Shown here: positions 22,300 to 32,374 of the stretch, in pieces
How the letters are laid out: each line of letters begins with the position of its first letter
Numbering within the stretch: the stretch's first letter is position 1
Assembly (NCBI GenBank): GCA_964560355.1
Contig: CAZLLI010000001.1
Location: 834 to 64,833, forward strand
Direction of reading: 5' to 3'
From: an uncultured bacterium
GTDB taxonomy: Bacteria; Krumholzibacteriota; Krumholzibacteriia; WVZY01; JAKEHA01
Length of the DNA: 64,000 nucleotides
Program-made: the position numbers and the translations under genes
The notes under the pieces: generated by a model
Seen by the model: the letters and a program-made list of their open reading frames with translations, nothing else
Told to the model about the DNA's origin: nothing
Databases searched by the model: none

Positions 22300-23754
22300 C
22301 TACGAATCCATCGGCACCGTGAGAACCGGGTTGCGGTTGGCGCTGGCTTCGTCGACGCGCCGCACCGGCGTGCGCGTCGGCGCCGACGTGAGCACGTCGG
22401 GCGTCGCGGCCGCTTCCTTCGCGATCTGAATCATCGCGTCGGCGAAACGGTCGAGCGCTTCCTTCCCTTCCGTCTCGGTCGGCTCCACCATGAGCGCCTC
22501 GGGAACCACGAGCGGGAAATAGATGGTGGGCGCGTAGAATCCGAAATCGAGCAGCCGCTTGGCGACGTCGAGCGTCTTCACGCCGTACTTCTTCAAGGGC
22601 TCGCCGGTGGCGACGAATTCGTGCATGCAGCGCTCGCCGTACGGAACCGGGTAGTGCGAGGAGACGCGCTTGGCGAGGTAGTTCGCGTTCAGAATCGCGG
22701 TCGCGCTCGCGCGGCGAACGCCGTCGGAGCCCAGGCGCGTGATGTAGGTGTAGGCGCGCAGGTAGATGCCGAAATTACCGAAGAACGAGTGCAGCGCGCC
22801 GACGCTCTTCGGGCGGTTGTACTCGAGGCGCAGCACGCCGTCCTTCTGCACCACGCGCGGCGTGGGCAGGAACGGCTCCAAGTGCGAGCGCACCGCCACC
22901 GGACCCGACCCGGGGCCGCCGCCGCCGTGCGGCGTCGAAAACGTCTTGTGCAGGTTGAAGTGCATCATGTCGAAGCCGAAGTCGCCGGGGCGCGCCTGCC
23001 CCATGAGCGCGTTCATGTTGGCGCCGTCCATGTAGCACAACCCGCCGTGCTTGTGCACGAGGTCGACGATGTCGCCGATGCGCGTCTCGAACAACCCCAG
23101 CGTGTTGGGCACGGTCAGCATCAGCACGGCGACGTCGTCGTCGAGCGCGGCGCGCAGCACGTCCAAGTCGACGCGCCCGTCCTTACCCGACGCGAAGGTC
23201 TTGGTCTCGAATCCGACCACCGTCGCGGTGGCGGGGTTGGTGCCGTGCGCGGTGTCGGGGACGAGCACTTTGTGGCGCGATTCCTTGCGATCGGCGAAGT
23301 ACGCGCGCGCGAGCAGCAGCCCCAGCATCTCGCCTTGCGCGCCCGCCGCGGGCTGCGCGCTCACCGCGTCCATGCCCGACACGGCGACCAGCGCCTGCTC
23401 GAGCGCGTGCATTACCGCGAGCGCGCCTTGCACGTCGGCGTCGCTCTGCTCGGGGTGAAGCCCCGCGAAGCCCGGCATGGCCGCGACCTCTTCGTTCACC
23501 TTGGGGTTGTACTTCATGGTGCAGCTGCCGAGCGGGAACAGGTCCTTGTCGACGTGGTGATTCTTGGTCGACAAGTCGACGTAGTGCCGCATCACTTGCG
23601 GTTCCGACACCTCCGGCAATCCGATGCGTCCCTCGCGCAAGTACTCGCGCGGGATGTCGCGCGGCGCGTCGGCGGCGCGCGACGAGATGCGGTAGCCGTG
23701 GCGACCGCGGCGGCTCTTGCCGTAGATGGTCTGCGAAAAATCCTTGTGCTCCAT
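22300..23754 (-). CDS. gcvPB: glycine dehydrogenase (decarboxylating) subunit 2
   Basis: 484 aa. PLP-dependent P-protein C-terminal half (…GSCTMKYNP…NLHKTFSTPHGGGGPG…). Confidence 0.9.
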   Translation of the reverse strand: MEHKDFSQTIYGKSRRGRHGYRISSRAADAPRDIPREYLREGRIGLPEVSEPQVMRHYVDLSTKNHHVDKDLFPLGSCTMKYNPKVNEEVAAMPGFAGLHPEQSDADVQGALAVMHALEQALVAVSGMDAVSAQPAAGAQGEMLGLLLARAYFADRKESRHKVLVPDTAHGTNPATATVVGFETKTFASGKDGRVDLDVLRAALDDDVAVLMLTVPNTLGLFETRIGDIVDLVHKHGGLCYMDGANMNALMGQARPGDFGFDMMHFNLHKTFSTPHGGGGPGSGPVAVRSHLEPFLPTPRVVQKDGVLRLEYNRPKSVGALHSFFGNFGIYLRAYTYITRLGSDGVRRASATAILNANYLAKRVSSHYPVPYGERCMHEFVATGEPLKKYGVKTLDVAKRLLDFGFYAPTIYFPLVVPEALMVEPTETEGKEALDRFADAMIQIAKEAAATPDVLTSAPTRTPVRRVDEASANRNPVLTVPMDS

Positions 23755-23757
23755 TCC

Positions 23758-25119
23758 CTATCCCACCTTCACCATGGCCGCGCGCGACAGCGCGCCGCAC
23801 AGTAGCTCGAACTCTTCGTCGGAATGCCGGTCCGTCGCCGTCACCAGCAAGAGGTTGCGGGCGCTCGGTCCGAAATAGCGTGACAAAGGAATGCCCGCCA
23901 AGATGCCGTGCTTGCGCACGGCCTCCATCACGGCGTCGGCGTCGGTCGGGCACGCCACCACGAATTCGCGGAAGAACGGCGCGCGGTAGCGCAGCGCATA
24001 GCCGTCGAGCGCGGCGATCATCCCCGCGAGCTTGTGCGCGCGCTCGTGGCACACGCGCCCGAGCTCGGTGAAGCCGTGCTCGCCCAACAGGCTCACGTAC
24101 ACGGTGGCGCGCGTCGCCAAGAGTCCCTGGTTGGTGCAGATGTTCGACGTCGCCTTCTCGCGACGGATGTGCTGCTCGCGCGTCTGCAAGGTCAGCACGA
24201 AGGCGTCGCGCCCGTCGACGTCCTTGGTGGCACTCACCAAGCGCCCGGGCATCTGGCGGATGTACTCCTGCTTGCACGCCATGAATCCGACCAGCGGACC
24301 GCCGAAGCTCATGTCGTTGCCGAGCGGTTGGCACTCGCCCACCGCGATGTCGGCGTCCCACTCGCCGGGCGGCTTCAAGAGCGACAGCGACACCGGGTCG
24401 ACCGAAGCGACCACCAGCGCGCCCGCCGCGTGCACGTCCTTGGCGAAGTCCCACGGGCGCTCGAGCGCGCCGAAATAGTTGGGCGTCTGCACCACCACCG
24501 CGGCCACGCGCTCGCCGAGCTCGCGCTTGAGCGCGGCCGCGTCGACGTCGCCGTTCTCGGAGGTCGGAATGGTCTTGAGCTCGATCTTCTGCCCCGACAC
24601 GTACGAGCGCACCACGCGCGCGTAGCGCGGGTTGAGCGCGTGCGGGATCAAAATCAAGTCGCGGCGCGTGATCTTCGACGCCATCAGGCACGCTTCCGCG
24701 AGCGCGGAGGCGCCGTCGTACATCGACGCGTTGGCGACCGGGAGTCGCGTCAGGCGCGAGATGTGGGTCTGGAATTCGAAGATGACCTGCAGCGTGCCCT
24801 GGCTCGCCTCGGGCTGGTACGGCGTGTACGCGGTCGCGAACTCGGGTCGGCTGGTGATGTTCTTCACCGCCGAAGGCACCGTGTGTTCGTAGATGCCGCC
24901 GCCCAAGAAGCTCACGAGGTGCGCGGCGGGCGCGTTGCGCGCCGCCAGCCGCGACAACAGGCGCAGCGTCTCGGGTTCGGTCTTCCCGCGCTCGATGGGA
25001 AGCAGGCCGCGCAGGCGGTATTTTTCCGGAATGACGTCGACGAGTTCGTCCTCGGAGGCGGCGCCGAGGACGTCGAGCATGGCCCGGCGGTCGTCGTCGG
25101 TGTGATACGTGTACGGCAT
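23758..25119 (-). CDS. gcvPA: glycine dehydrogenase (decarboxylating) subunit 1
   Basis: 453 aa. P-protein N-terminal half (…YTPYQPEASQGTLQVIFEFQT…). Confidence 0.9.
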   Translation of the reverse strand: MPYTYHTDDDRRAMLDVLGAASEDELVDVIPEKYRLRGLLPIERGKTEPETLRLLSRLAARNAPAAHLVSFLGGGIYEHTVPSAVKNITSRPEFATAYTPYQPEASQGTLQVIFEFQTHISRLTRLPVANASMYDGASALAEACLMASKITRRDLILIPHALNPRYARVVRSYVSGQKIELKTIPTSENGDVDAAALKRELGERVAAVVVQTPNYFGALERPWDFAKDVHAAGALVVASVDPVSLSLLKPPGEWDADIAVGECQPLGNDMSFGGPLVGFMACKQEYIRQMPGRLVSATKDVDGRDAFVLTLQTREQHIRREKATSNICTNQGLLATRATVYVSLLGEHGFTELGRVCHERAHKLAGMIAALDGYALRYRAPFFREFVVACPTDADAVMEAVRKHGILAGIPLSRYFGPSARNLLLVTATDRHSDEEFELLCGALSRAAMVKVG

Positions 25120-25121
25120 GG

Positions 25122-25499
25122 CTACTTTCCGATCATGGTCTTATACGCGGCCTGGTCCATTAGCGAATCGAGCTCTTTCTTGTTCGACATCTTCACGCGC
25201 ACGAACCACCCGTCGCCGTAGGGGTCCTTGTTGACGAGGTCGGGGCCGTGCTCGAGCGCGCCGTTGATGGCGGCGACCACGCCCGACACGGGCGCGAACA
25301 AGTCGGCGACGGTCTTGACCGCTTCGATGGTGCCCATCGACTGCATGGCGGTGACGCTGGCGCCGACCTTGGGCAGTTCGACGTACACGATGTCGCCGAG
25401 CTCGCCCGCCGCGAAGTCGGTGATGCCGATGGTGGCTTCGTCGCCGTCGACGCGAATCCATTCGTGCTCTTTGGTGAACTTGAGATTCTTCTGATCCAT
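25122..25499 (-). CDS. gcvH: glycine cleavage system H protein
   Basis: 125 aa. Lipoyl-lysine context …GTIEAVKTVADL…, with typical GcvH length and motifs. Confidence 0.9.
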   Translation of the reverse strand: MDQKNLKFTKEHEWIRVDGDEATIGITDFAAGELGDIVYVELPKVGASVTAMQSMGTIEAVKTVADLFAPVSGVVAAINGALEHGPDLVNKDPYGDGWFVRVKMSNKKELDSLMDQAAYKTMIGK

Positions 25500-25514
25500 G
25501 CTAGCTCCTGTGTT

Positions 25515-26630
25515 TCAATCTCGGGCCCGGCTCTTGTAGAACGGAAGCGGCACGCGTTTCACCGGGACGGTGTGCGCGCGCACTTGCACGGTCAACGCGG
25601 CGTCGATGCTGTCGGCGTCGACGTAGGCCATGCACAAACTCTTTTTCAAGGTGGGCGCGTGGGTTCCGCTCGTCACCTTGCCGACGACGGCGTCGCCGCG
25701 CATGACGGCGTAACCCTGGCGCGCGATGTTGCGCCCGTCCAATTCGAGTCCGACGAGCTTCTTCTTGGAACCGCGCTCGCGCTCCTTCACCAGCGCGGCG
25801 CGTCCGACGAACTCGGGCTTGTCGAGCTTGACCAGCCACGACAGGCCCGCTTCGAGCGGCGTGGTCTCGTCGTCGAGCTCGTGACCGTACAGGCACAGCG
25901 CCGCCTCGAAGCGCAGCGTGTCGCGCGCACCCAGGCCCGCGGGCACGACGCCGAACGGCGCCCCCGCGGCCATCAATTGCTGCCACAATTCGGCCGCGCG
26001 CGCGGGCGGCACGAAGACCTCGACGCCCTTCTCGCCGGTGTAGCCGGTGCGCGACACGATGATGCGGCCGCCGGCCGACTCGAACGAGCGCCAGCGGTAG
26101 TACGACACCGAGTCGATCTGGTCGCGCACGGGTGCGAGCATCGGCGTCGCCTTGACGACGTCGAAGGCGCGCGGCCCCTGCACCGCGATGAGCGCCCACT
26201 CGTCGCTCGCGTCGTGCAGCTCGACGCGGCTGCGCGACAGGTTCGACGCCGCCCACTTCATGTGGCCGAAATCCTTGTCGATGTTGGACGCGTTCACGAC
26301 GACGAGCGCGCGGTCATCGGCGATCTTGGTTACCAGGAGGTCGTCGACCACGCCGCCGTTCTCGTGGCACATGGCGGTGTAGAGGACGCCGTCGGGCGGG
26401 AGCTTCGAGCAGTCGTTGGTGACGACGTGGTCGAGGTACTTCCAGGTGTCGGGGCCCGACACGATGAACTCACCCATGTGGCTCACGTCGAACAACCCCG
26501 CGCGCTCGCGCACGGCGGTGTGCTCTTCGATGCCGCCCGCGTAGCTCACCGGCATCTCGAAGCCCGCGAACGGCACCATCTTGCCGCCGGCCGCGACGTG
26601 CGCGTCATATAATGGAGTGCGTTTGAGCAT
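25515..26630 (-). CDS. gcvT: glycine cleavage system aminomethyltransferase T
   Basis: Start at M38 (MLKRTPLYDAHVAAGGKMVPFAGFEMPVSY…). 371 aa. Canonical GcvT N-terminus. Confidence 0.9.
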   Translation of the reverse strand: MLKRTPLYDAHVAAGGKMVPFAGFEMPVSYAGGIEEHTAVRERAGLFDVSHMGEFIVSGPDTWKYLDHVVTNDCSKLPPDGVLYTAMCHENGGVVDDLLVTKIADDRALVVVNASNIDKDFGHMKWAASNLSRSRVELHDASDEWALIAVQGPRAFDVVKATPMLAPVRDQIDSVSYYRWRSFESAGGRIIVSRTGYTGEKGVEVFVPPARAAELWQQLMAAGAPFGVVPAGLGARDTLRFEAALCLYGHELDDETTPLEAGLSWLVKLDKPEFVGRAALVKERERGSKKKLVGLELDGRNIARQGYAVMRGDAVVGKVTSGTHAPTLKKSLCMAYVDADSIDAALTVQVRAHTVPVKRVPLPFYKSRARD

Positions 26631-26644
26631 TTTTGATTTCGGCG

Positions 26645-29503
26645 CTAGGCGACGGTCTCGTCGCGGGGCGGTCGCGCCACGAGCGGGGCTCGCGCCCCCG
26701 CCATCTCGCGCAGCATGGCCCCCGTGTGCGACTCCGCGCACTGCATGATGTCGTACGGAGAACCGGTCGCCACCACCTCGCCTCCCGCGTCACCGCCTTC
26801 CGGCCCAAGATCGATGATGTGATCGGCAGCCAATATTACATCGGGGTTGTGCTCGATCACAATCACTGTATTTCCTTTGTCGACAAGCCGGTCCAGAACC
26901 TGGAGCAGCATGCGGACGTCCTCGTGGTGGAGCCCCGTGGTGGGCTCGTCGAGGATGTAGAGCGTGTTGCCGGTGCCGCGCTTCGAGAGCTCCGCCGCGA
27001 GCTTGACGCGCTGCGCCTCCCCGCCCGAGAGCGTCGTCGCTTGCTGGCCGAGCTTGATGTACCCGAGTCCCACCGAGTGCAGCGTCTCGCACACGCGCTT
27101 GATGAGCGGAAAGGTCGCGAAGACCTCCGCCGCTTCCTCGACGCTCATGTCCAGTACATCCGCGATGCTGCGACCCTTGTACGTCACTTGCAGGGTCTCG
27201 TGGTTGTAGCGACGTCCCTTGCACGCTTCGCAGGTGACGTAGACGTCGGGCAGGAAATGCATCTCGATCTTGATGACGCCGTCGCCTTCGCACTTCTCGC
27301 AGCGACCGCCCGCGACGTTGAAGCTGAAGCGCCCCACCTTGTAGCCGCGCGCGCGCGCGTCGGGCAATTGGGCGAACAGGTCGCGGATGGGCGTGAACAC
27401 GCCGGTGTAGGTGGCCGGGTTCGAGCGCGGCGTGCGCCCGATGGGCGACTGGTCGATCTCGATTACTTTGTCGATCTTGTCGACGCCCGATAGGGCGTCA
27501 TGCGCTCCGGGGAGCACGTTTCCACCGTAGTGGATTCGGTGCAAGGCACGAAAGAGAATGTCATTTACCAACGTGCTCTTCCCCGATCCGCTCACACCCG
27601 TCACGCACGTGAACACGCCGAGCGGAAACTCGACGTCGATGTTCTTCAAGTTGTTCTCGCGCGCGCCGCGCACGGTGATGGCGTCCTTGATCAAGTGGCC
27701 GCGCGCGCCGCGGGTGATGGGCGGACGGTCGTCGCGCAGGTACTTGCCGGTCAAGCTCTCGGGCACGCGGCGAATTTCTTCCGGCGTCCCCACCGCCACC
27801 ACTTCGCCGCCGTGGATGCCGGCGCCGGGACCCAAGTCGACCACGTAGTCGGCCGCGAGGATGGTGTCGCGGTCGTGCTCGATCACCAGCACGGTGTTGC
27901 CGATGTCGCGCAGGTCCTTGAGCGTCTTGATGAGGCGCGCGTTGTCGCGGTGGTGGAGTCCGATCGAGGGCTCGTCCAGTATATAAAGGACGCCCATCAG
28001 CTTCGACCCGATCTGCGTCGCCAGGCGCAGACGCTGGGCTTCGCCGCCCGCGAGCGTCGCCGAGCTGCGGTCGAGCGAGAGGTATCCGAGGCCCACGTCG
28101 GACAAGAAGCGCATGCGCGATACGATCTCGTGCAGAATGGGCGCTCCGATCACCGCGGCGTTGCCTTCCAACTTGAGCGCGTTCATCTCGAACAGCCCGC
28201 GCGACACGCTCATGCGTACCACGTCGGCGATGGTATGCGGGCCCACGCGCACCGCGAGCGCTTCCGGCTTCAAGCGCGCGCCGCCGCAGGCCGCGCACGG
28301 CTCGATGGTCATGAAGGTCTCGACCCACTTGCGAATGCTCTCCGACGACGTGTTCTTGTAGCGCCGGCGCAGCCACGGGATCAGGCCTTCGTAGGTGGTG
28401 CGGTATTCGCCCTCGACCTTCGCGAAGTCCATCTTCACCGAGATCTCGTCGTCGATGCCGTAGAGGATGGCGTCGCGCGCGCGCTTCGCGAGCTTCGACC
28501 ACGGCGTGTCGAGTTTGAATCCCACGTGTTCACCGAGCGCGTCGAGTTGCGAACGCCCCCAGTCACCCTTGAGCTTCCCCATCGGCGCCAGTGCGCCCGC
28601 GTCGAGGGAGAGATCGCCGTTCGGCACCACCAACGCTTCGTTGAAGTCCATGCGCGAGCCCAGGCCGCTGCACTCGGTGCACGCGCCGTACGGCGAGTTG
28701 AACGAAAACAAGCGCGGCGAGAGTTCGCCGAAGCTCGTCCCGCAGTGCGCGCACGCGAACTGTTGCGAGAACACGTGCTCCTCGCCGCCCGCCACCACGG
28801 TGACGGTACCGCCCGAGAGCTTCACCGCCGCTTCCAGCGAGTCGGCGATGCGGCGCGCGTTCTTCGCGTCCACCACCAGGCGGTCGACCACGGCGTCGAT
28901 GTCGTGCTTCTTCTGCTTGTGGAGCGCGGGCACGTTCTCGATCTCGTAGGTCTCGCCGTCGACGCGCGCGCGCACGTAGCCCTGCGACTCGATGGTCTCG
29001 AGCACCTTCTTGTGCTCGCCCTTGCGCCCCTTGACGAGCGGCGCCAGGATGGCCACCCGCGTCCCCGCGGGCAGCGCGAGGATACGCTCCTGCATTTGCT
29101 GGATTGATTGCTGCGCGATCACGCGCCCGCACGTAGGACAGTGCGGCGTACCCGTGCGCGCGAACAACAAGCGCAGGTAGTCGTAGATCTCCGTCATGGT
29201 GCCGACGGTCGAGCGCGGGTTGCGCCCCGTGGTCTTCTGCTCGATGGAGATGGCGGGCGAGAGCCCTTCGATGCGGTCGACGTCGGGCTTTTCCATCTGC
29301 CCCAGGAACTGGCGCGCGTACGCGGACAACGACTCCACGTAACGACGATGCCCTTCGGCGTAGATGGTGTCGAAGGCGAGCGAGGACTTCCCGGAGCCGC
29401 TCAAGCCGGTCACGACGACCAGCTGGTTACGCGGGATCGTCACATTTATGGACTTGAGATTGTGTTCGCGGGCGCCCCGGACGACGAGGTGCTTCGGTTT
29501 CAT
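26645..29503 (-). CDS. uvrA: excinuclease ABC subunit A
   Basis: Two ABC ATPase modules ([19 protein letters not shown]… and [15 protein letters not shown]…) and zinc-finger CxxC clusters ([32 protein letters not shown]). ATG at 29503; the upstream TTG at 29527 is less likely. Confidence 0.95.
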   Translation of the reverse strand: MKPKHLVVRGAREHNLKSINVTIPRNQLVVVTGLSGSGKSSLAFDTIYAEGHRRYVESLSAYARQFLGQMEKPDVDRIEGLSPAISIEQKTTGRNPRSTVGTMTEIYDYLRLLFARTGTPHCPTCGRVIAQQSIQQMQERILALPAGTRVAILAPLVKGRKGEHKKVLETIESQGYVRARVDGETYEIENVPALHKQKKHDIDAVVDRLVVDAKNARRIADSLEAAVKLSGGTVTVVAGGEEHVFSQQFACAHCGTSFGELSPRLFSFNSPYGACTECSGLGSRMDFNEALVVPNGDLSLDAGALAPMGKLKGDWGRSQLDALGEHVGFKLDTPWSKLAKRARDAILYGIDDEISVKMDFAKVEGEYRTTYEGLIPWLRRRYKNTSSESIRKWVETFMTIEPCAACGGARLKPEALAVRVGPHTIADVVRMSVSRGLFEMNALKLEGNAAVIGAPILHEIVSRMRFLSDVGLGYLSLDRSSATLAGGEAQRLRLATQIGSKLMGVLYILDEPSIGLHHRDNARLIKTLKDLRDIGNTVLVIEHDRDTILAADYVVDLGPGAGIHGGEVVAVGTPEEIRRVPESLTGKYLRDDRPPITRGARGHLIKDAITVRGARENNLKNIDVEFPLGVFTCVTGVSGSGKSTLVNDILFRALHRIHYGGNVLPGAHDALSGVDKIDKVIEIDQSPIGRTPRSNPATYTGVFTPIRDLFAQLPDARARGYKVGRFSFNVAGGRCEKCEGDGVIKIEMHFLPDVYVTCEACKGRRYNHETLQVTYKGRSIADVLDMSVEEAAEVFATFPLIKRVCETLHSVGLGYIKLGQQATTLSGGEAQRVKLAAELSKRGTGNTLYILDEPTTGLHHEDVRMLLQVLDRLVDKGNTVIVIEHNPDVILAADHIIDLGPEGGDAGGEVVATGSPYDIMQCAESHTGAMLREMAGARAPLVARPPRDETVA

Positions 29504-29567
29504 CGCGGGTCGCCGCAAAGGTAACAAAACCGGGGGGCGTGGGCAACCGCCCCCCGGTAGTCGATCC

Positions 29568-30167
29568 TTATCGGTACAGGGCCTTGACGGCGCCCCACGT
29601 CGAGGGCTGCACCGGCAAGGGCGTTCCCGCGGTCTGCCCGCGCGCCACCACTTCGCCGTTGCCCCCGAAGACGAGGTACGGCGACCCCGAAGCGGCCATC
29701 ACGCGCGACGCCGTCGCGCGTTCCTGCGGATAGTTGAAGTAGAGACCGTCGAGTACCGCCCCGTCCGCGAGGGGCGGGTTCGATCCCAACACATAGTAAA
29801 CGATGACTTGCTCGTAGCCGGGAAACTCGGTGGCGAAGGGATAAAGCGACGTGTCGGGAAACGGCCAATCGGTCGGACGTCTTCCCCAGTCATTCACATC
29901 CCATTCGTCGGGGCCGACGCGCGTCGGCTCCCACACGTCGACCAGGTCGGGGTAACGCACGACCGTGAGGGTCGCGCCGTTGTTCCCGACCGCGATCATG
30001 TAGACGCCGGCCCCGGTCGCGTTGGTGACGGTGAACTCCCAATAGCCTCCCGCTTCCCAGCCGGGATCCACGTTCCACAACTCGGTGATGATGAGGTCAG
30101 CGCGCGCGGACGCGGGTAGGATGCCGGCGGCGAGAACGATACAAAGCACGATCGCATTGGTTCGCAT
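29568..30167 (-). CDS. hypothetical secreted protein ending in [11 protein letters not shown]
   Basis: The ATG at 30167 gives [23 protein letters not shown] (signal peptide). 199 aa, with no recognisable catalytic motifs. The C-terminal 11 aa resemble those of the 56803..57534 protein. Confidence 0.55.
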   Translation of the reverse strand: MRTNAIVLCIVLAAGILPASARADLIITELWNVDPGWEAGGYWEFTVTNATGAGVYMIAVGNNGATLTVVRYPDLVDVWEPTRVGPDEWDVNDWGRRPTDWPFPDTSLYPFATEFPGYEQVIVYYVLGSNPPLADGAVLDGLYFNYPQERATASRVMAASGSPYLVFGGNGEVVARGQTAGTPLPVQPSTWGAVKALYR

Positions 30168-30241
30168 ACGAACCTCCTTGTGGATTACTGTACTGTAAAC
30201 AGATACCACAGACGGTCCGCCGTGTCGAGGCCCTTGCGCGC

Positions 30242-30796
30242 TCAGCGCTCGCGCGCGCGTCCGTCGAGCGGTACCGACAGCACCACGCGGTTCTCTTCCC
30301 ATTGCAGCGACGCGTCGGTCATCGTCCACGGCTGCGGGACGTCCTCCCAGGTCGGCGAGTGGACTAGGCTTCCGACCAACATTCCCAAAGCGGTGCCGAC
30401 GGCGCCGAAGAGCAGCATGTAGCCACCGGTCGACGTGTTGACGTCGGGGTCCTGCCCTTCGTCGTTCTTTGCGCCCACGTAGCCGACCATCGCACCGACC
30501 CCCAGTCCGACCAGTCCACCCGCGGTGATGTGATTCGTCTCCCCCACGACGCGCTGCATGCGCACGGAGGAATCGATTCGCAGCGCGATGGTCTCGTCCT
30601 GGGTGGCGACTACGAGCGAATCCTTCGAGAGCGAAACCAGATGGCCGGCTTCATAGCTCTCTCCCCAACCGCGCGCCACGCGAACGCGTTCACCCGCGGT
30701 GAGCCGCGATTGCGCCTGCGCGACCGTGGCGGAGAAGGGAAGCATCGCGGCGAGAAGCAGGAACGGCGGGGCTACTCGAGGGTGATTCAACCACAT
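30242..30796 (-). CDS. hypothetical secreted protein with glycine-zipper segment
   Basis: The ATG at 30796 gives MWLNHPRVAPPFLLLAAMLPFSATVAQAQ (signal peptide). Then GGLVGLGVGAMVGYVGA…GGYMLLFGAVGTALGMLVGSLV, a GxxxG glycine zipper. Confidence 0.5.
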   Translation of the reverse strand: MWLNHPRVAPPFLLLAAMLPFSATVAQAQSRLTAGERVRVARGWGESYEAGHLVSLSKDSLVVATQDETIALRIDSSVRMQRVVGETNHITAGGLVGLGVGAMVGYVGAKNDEGQDPDVNTSTGGYMLLFGAVGTALGMLVGSLVHSPTWEDVPQPWTMTDASLQWEENRVVLSVPLDGRARER

Positions 30797-30940
30797 GGCG
30801 TGGGCCTCCTCAGGATCGGGTAGCAGGGGCTTTCTGAATGCTACCAAGGTAGCCCCACTACCGACTCGCGCTCCCGCGCTGTCGCACAAGTGCCGCTCTG
30901 CGAGCGAGTTAATCATAATGATCGGACTTGACGAGAGCAC

Positions 30941-31549
30941 ATGATGGACGCGCCGACGTCTCCCGTCGTAGTCTCTCCCATGCCTCCCCGACTTCGACTC
31001 GCGACCCCCGCCGACGCCGCCGCGTGCCTTTCCATCTACCGCCCCTTCGTCGAGTCGTCCCACACCACCTTCGAGACCGAAGTCCCGTCGCTCGACGAGT
31101 TCGCGCGCCGCATTTCGTCGACGCTCGCGGCGCGGCCATGGATCGTCGCGGAAGAAGACGGGCGCGTCGTGGGCTACGCGTACGCGTCGCCCATCAAGGA
31201 CCGCATCGCGTACCAATGGAGCGTGGAAGTCGCGATCTACGTCGCGGCCGACATGCGCGGTCGCGGCGTGGGGCGCGCGCTTTACGCGGCGCTGTTCCGC
31301 GTGCTCGCGGGCCAGGGCTTCGTCAACGCGATCGGCATCATCGCGCTCCCCAACGACGCTAGCATCGCGCTGCACGAATCACTCGGCTTCGAGAAGATTT
31401 CGCACCTAAAGCAAATCGGATTCAAGCTGGGCGCGTGGCACGACTCGGGTTGGTGGCAGAAGCGTCTAGCTCCGCTTCTATCGAAGCCGTCGCCGCCGCG
31501 ACCGCTCGCGCAGTGCGGCGACGACGTGGATCGTTGGCTTCGCGGCTGA
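30941..31549 (+). CDS. GNAT-family N-acetyltransferase (phosphinothricin-acetyltransferase-like)
   Basis: Acetyl-CoA binding motif …RGRGVGRALYAALFRVL… and the GNAT fold length. This is the only plus-strand gene. Its stop lies 3 nt from the convergent peroxiredoxin stop. Confidence 0.8.
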   Translation: MMDAPTSPVVVSPMPPRLRLATPADAAACLSIYRPFVESSHTTFETEVPSLDEFARRISSTLAARPWIVAEEDGRVVGYAYASPIKDRIAYQWSVEVAIYVAADMRGRGVGRALYAALFRVLAGQGFVNAIGIIALPNDASIALHESLGFEKISHLKQIGFKLGAWHDSGWWQKRLAPLLSKPSPPRPLAQCGDDVDRWLRG

Positions 31550-31552
31550 AAG

Positions 31553-32221
31553 TTATTTGCGATCTTCCGGCTGCGGAACGATGCGCAGGTATGGCTTGGG
31601 CGACTTCCAGCCGCCCGGGAACTTCTTCTGCGCGTCCTCGTTCGACACCGACGCCAGGATGATCACTTCGTCGCCGTTCTTCCAGTTGACGGGAGTCGCG
31701 ACGGAGTACTTCGAGGTGAGCTGCATGGAGTCGATCACGCGCAGCACTTCGTCGAAGTTGCGGCCGGTGCTCATGGGATAGGTGAGCATGAGCTTGATCT
31801 TCTTGTCGGGGCCGACCACGAACACGGTGCGCACGGTGGCGATGTCGGCCGCGGTGCGCGTCGACGCGGCGCCGGTCGCGTTGGGGTGGATCATCCCATA
31901 CAGTTTGGCCACCGACATGTCGCTGTCGCCGATCATCGGATAGGTGACGGCGGCACCCGACGTCTCCTTGATGTCGTTCTTCCAGCGCTGGTGGTCGTCG
32001 ACGGAGTCGACCGAGATGCCCATGATCTTCACGTTGCGCTTGTCGAACTCGGGCTTGATCTTGGCCATGTAGCCGAGCTCCGTCGTGCACACGGGGGTGA
32101 AGTCTTTGGGGTGCGAGAAGAGCACGCCCCACGAACTCCCGAGCCATTCGTGGAACTTGAGCCGCCCTTCCGTGGTTTGGGCTTCGAAATCCGGCGCGAT
32201 ATCGCCGATTTGCAGTGACAT
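31553..32221 (-). CDS. 1-Cys peroxiredoxin (Prx6 subfamily, AhpC/TSA fold)
   Basis: The ATG at 32221 is preceded by a GGAGG SD. MSLQIGDIAPDFEAQTTEG…HPKDFTPVCTTELG contains the peroxidatic Cys. 222 aa. Confidence 0.9.
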   Translation of the reverse strand: MSLQIGDIAPDFEAQTTEGRLKFHEWLGSSWGVLFSHPKDFTPVCTTELGYMAKIKPEFDKRNVKIMGISVDSVDDHQRWKNDIKETSGAAVTYPMIGDSDMSVAKLYGMIHPNATGAASTRTAADIATVRTVFVVGPDKKIKLMLTYPMSTGRNFDEVLRVIDSMQLTSKYSVATPVNWKNGDEVIILASVSNEDAQKKFPGGWKSPKPYLRIVPQPEDRK

Positions 32222-32374
32222 GGTTTTCCTCCTGAATCGATGGTTGCGGGCCGTGACGGCTCCCGCGTGTTGGCTACCGTCTTGAGACACCGTTTTAGCA
32301 AATACGTCACAAAGAAAGTAACAGTTCCCGTTTAGACCCAAACGAAAACTAGGGGACGCGTGCGGCCCGCCGAT

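Noticed and set aside
29504-29527. Upstream TTG start for uvrA
   Set aside because: The ATG at 29503 yields the canonical [16 protein letters not shown] UvrA N-terminus.
31547-31555. Convergent GNAT and peroxiredoxin stops 3 nt apart, considered as a regulatory antisense arrangement
   Set aside because: Tight convergent gene ends are common in compact high-GC genomes. Nothing in the sequence argues for function.
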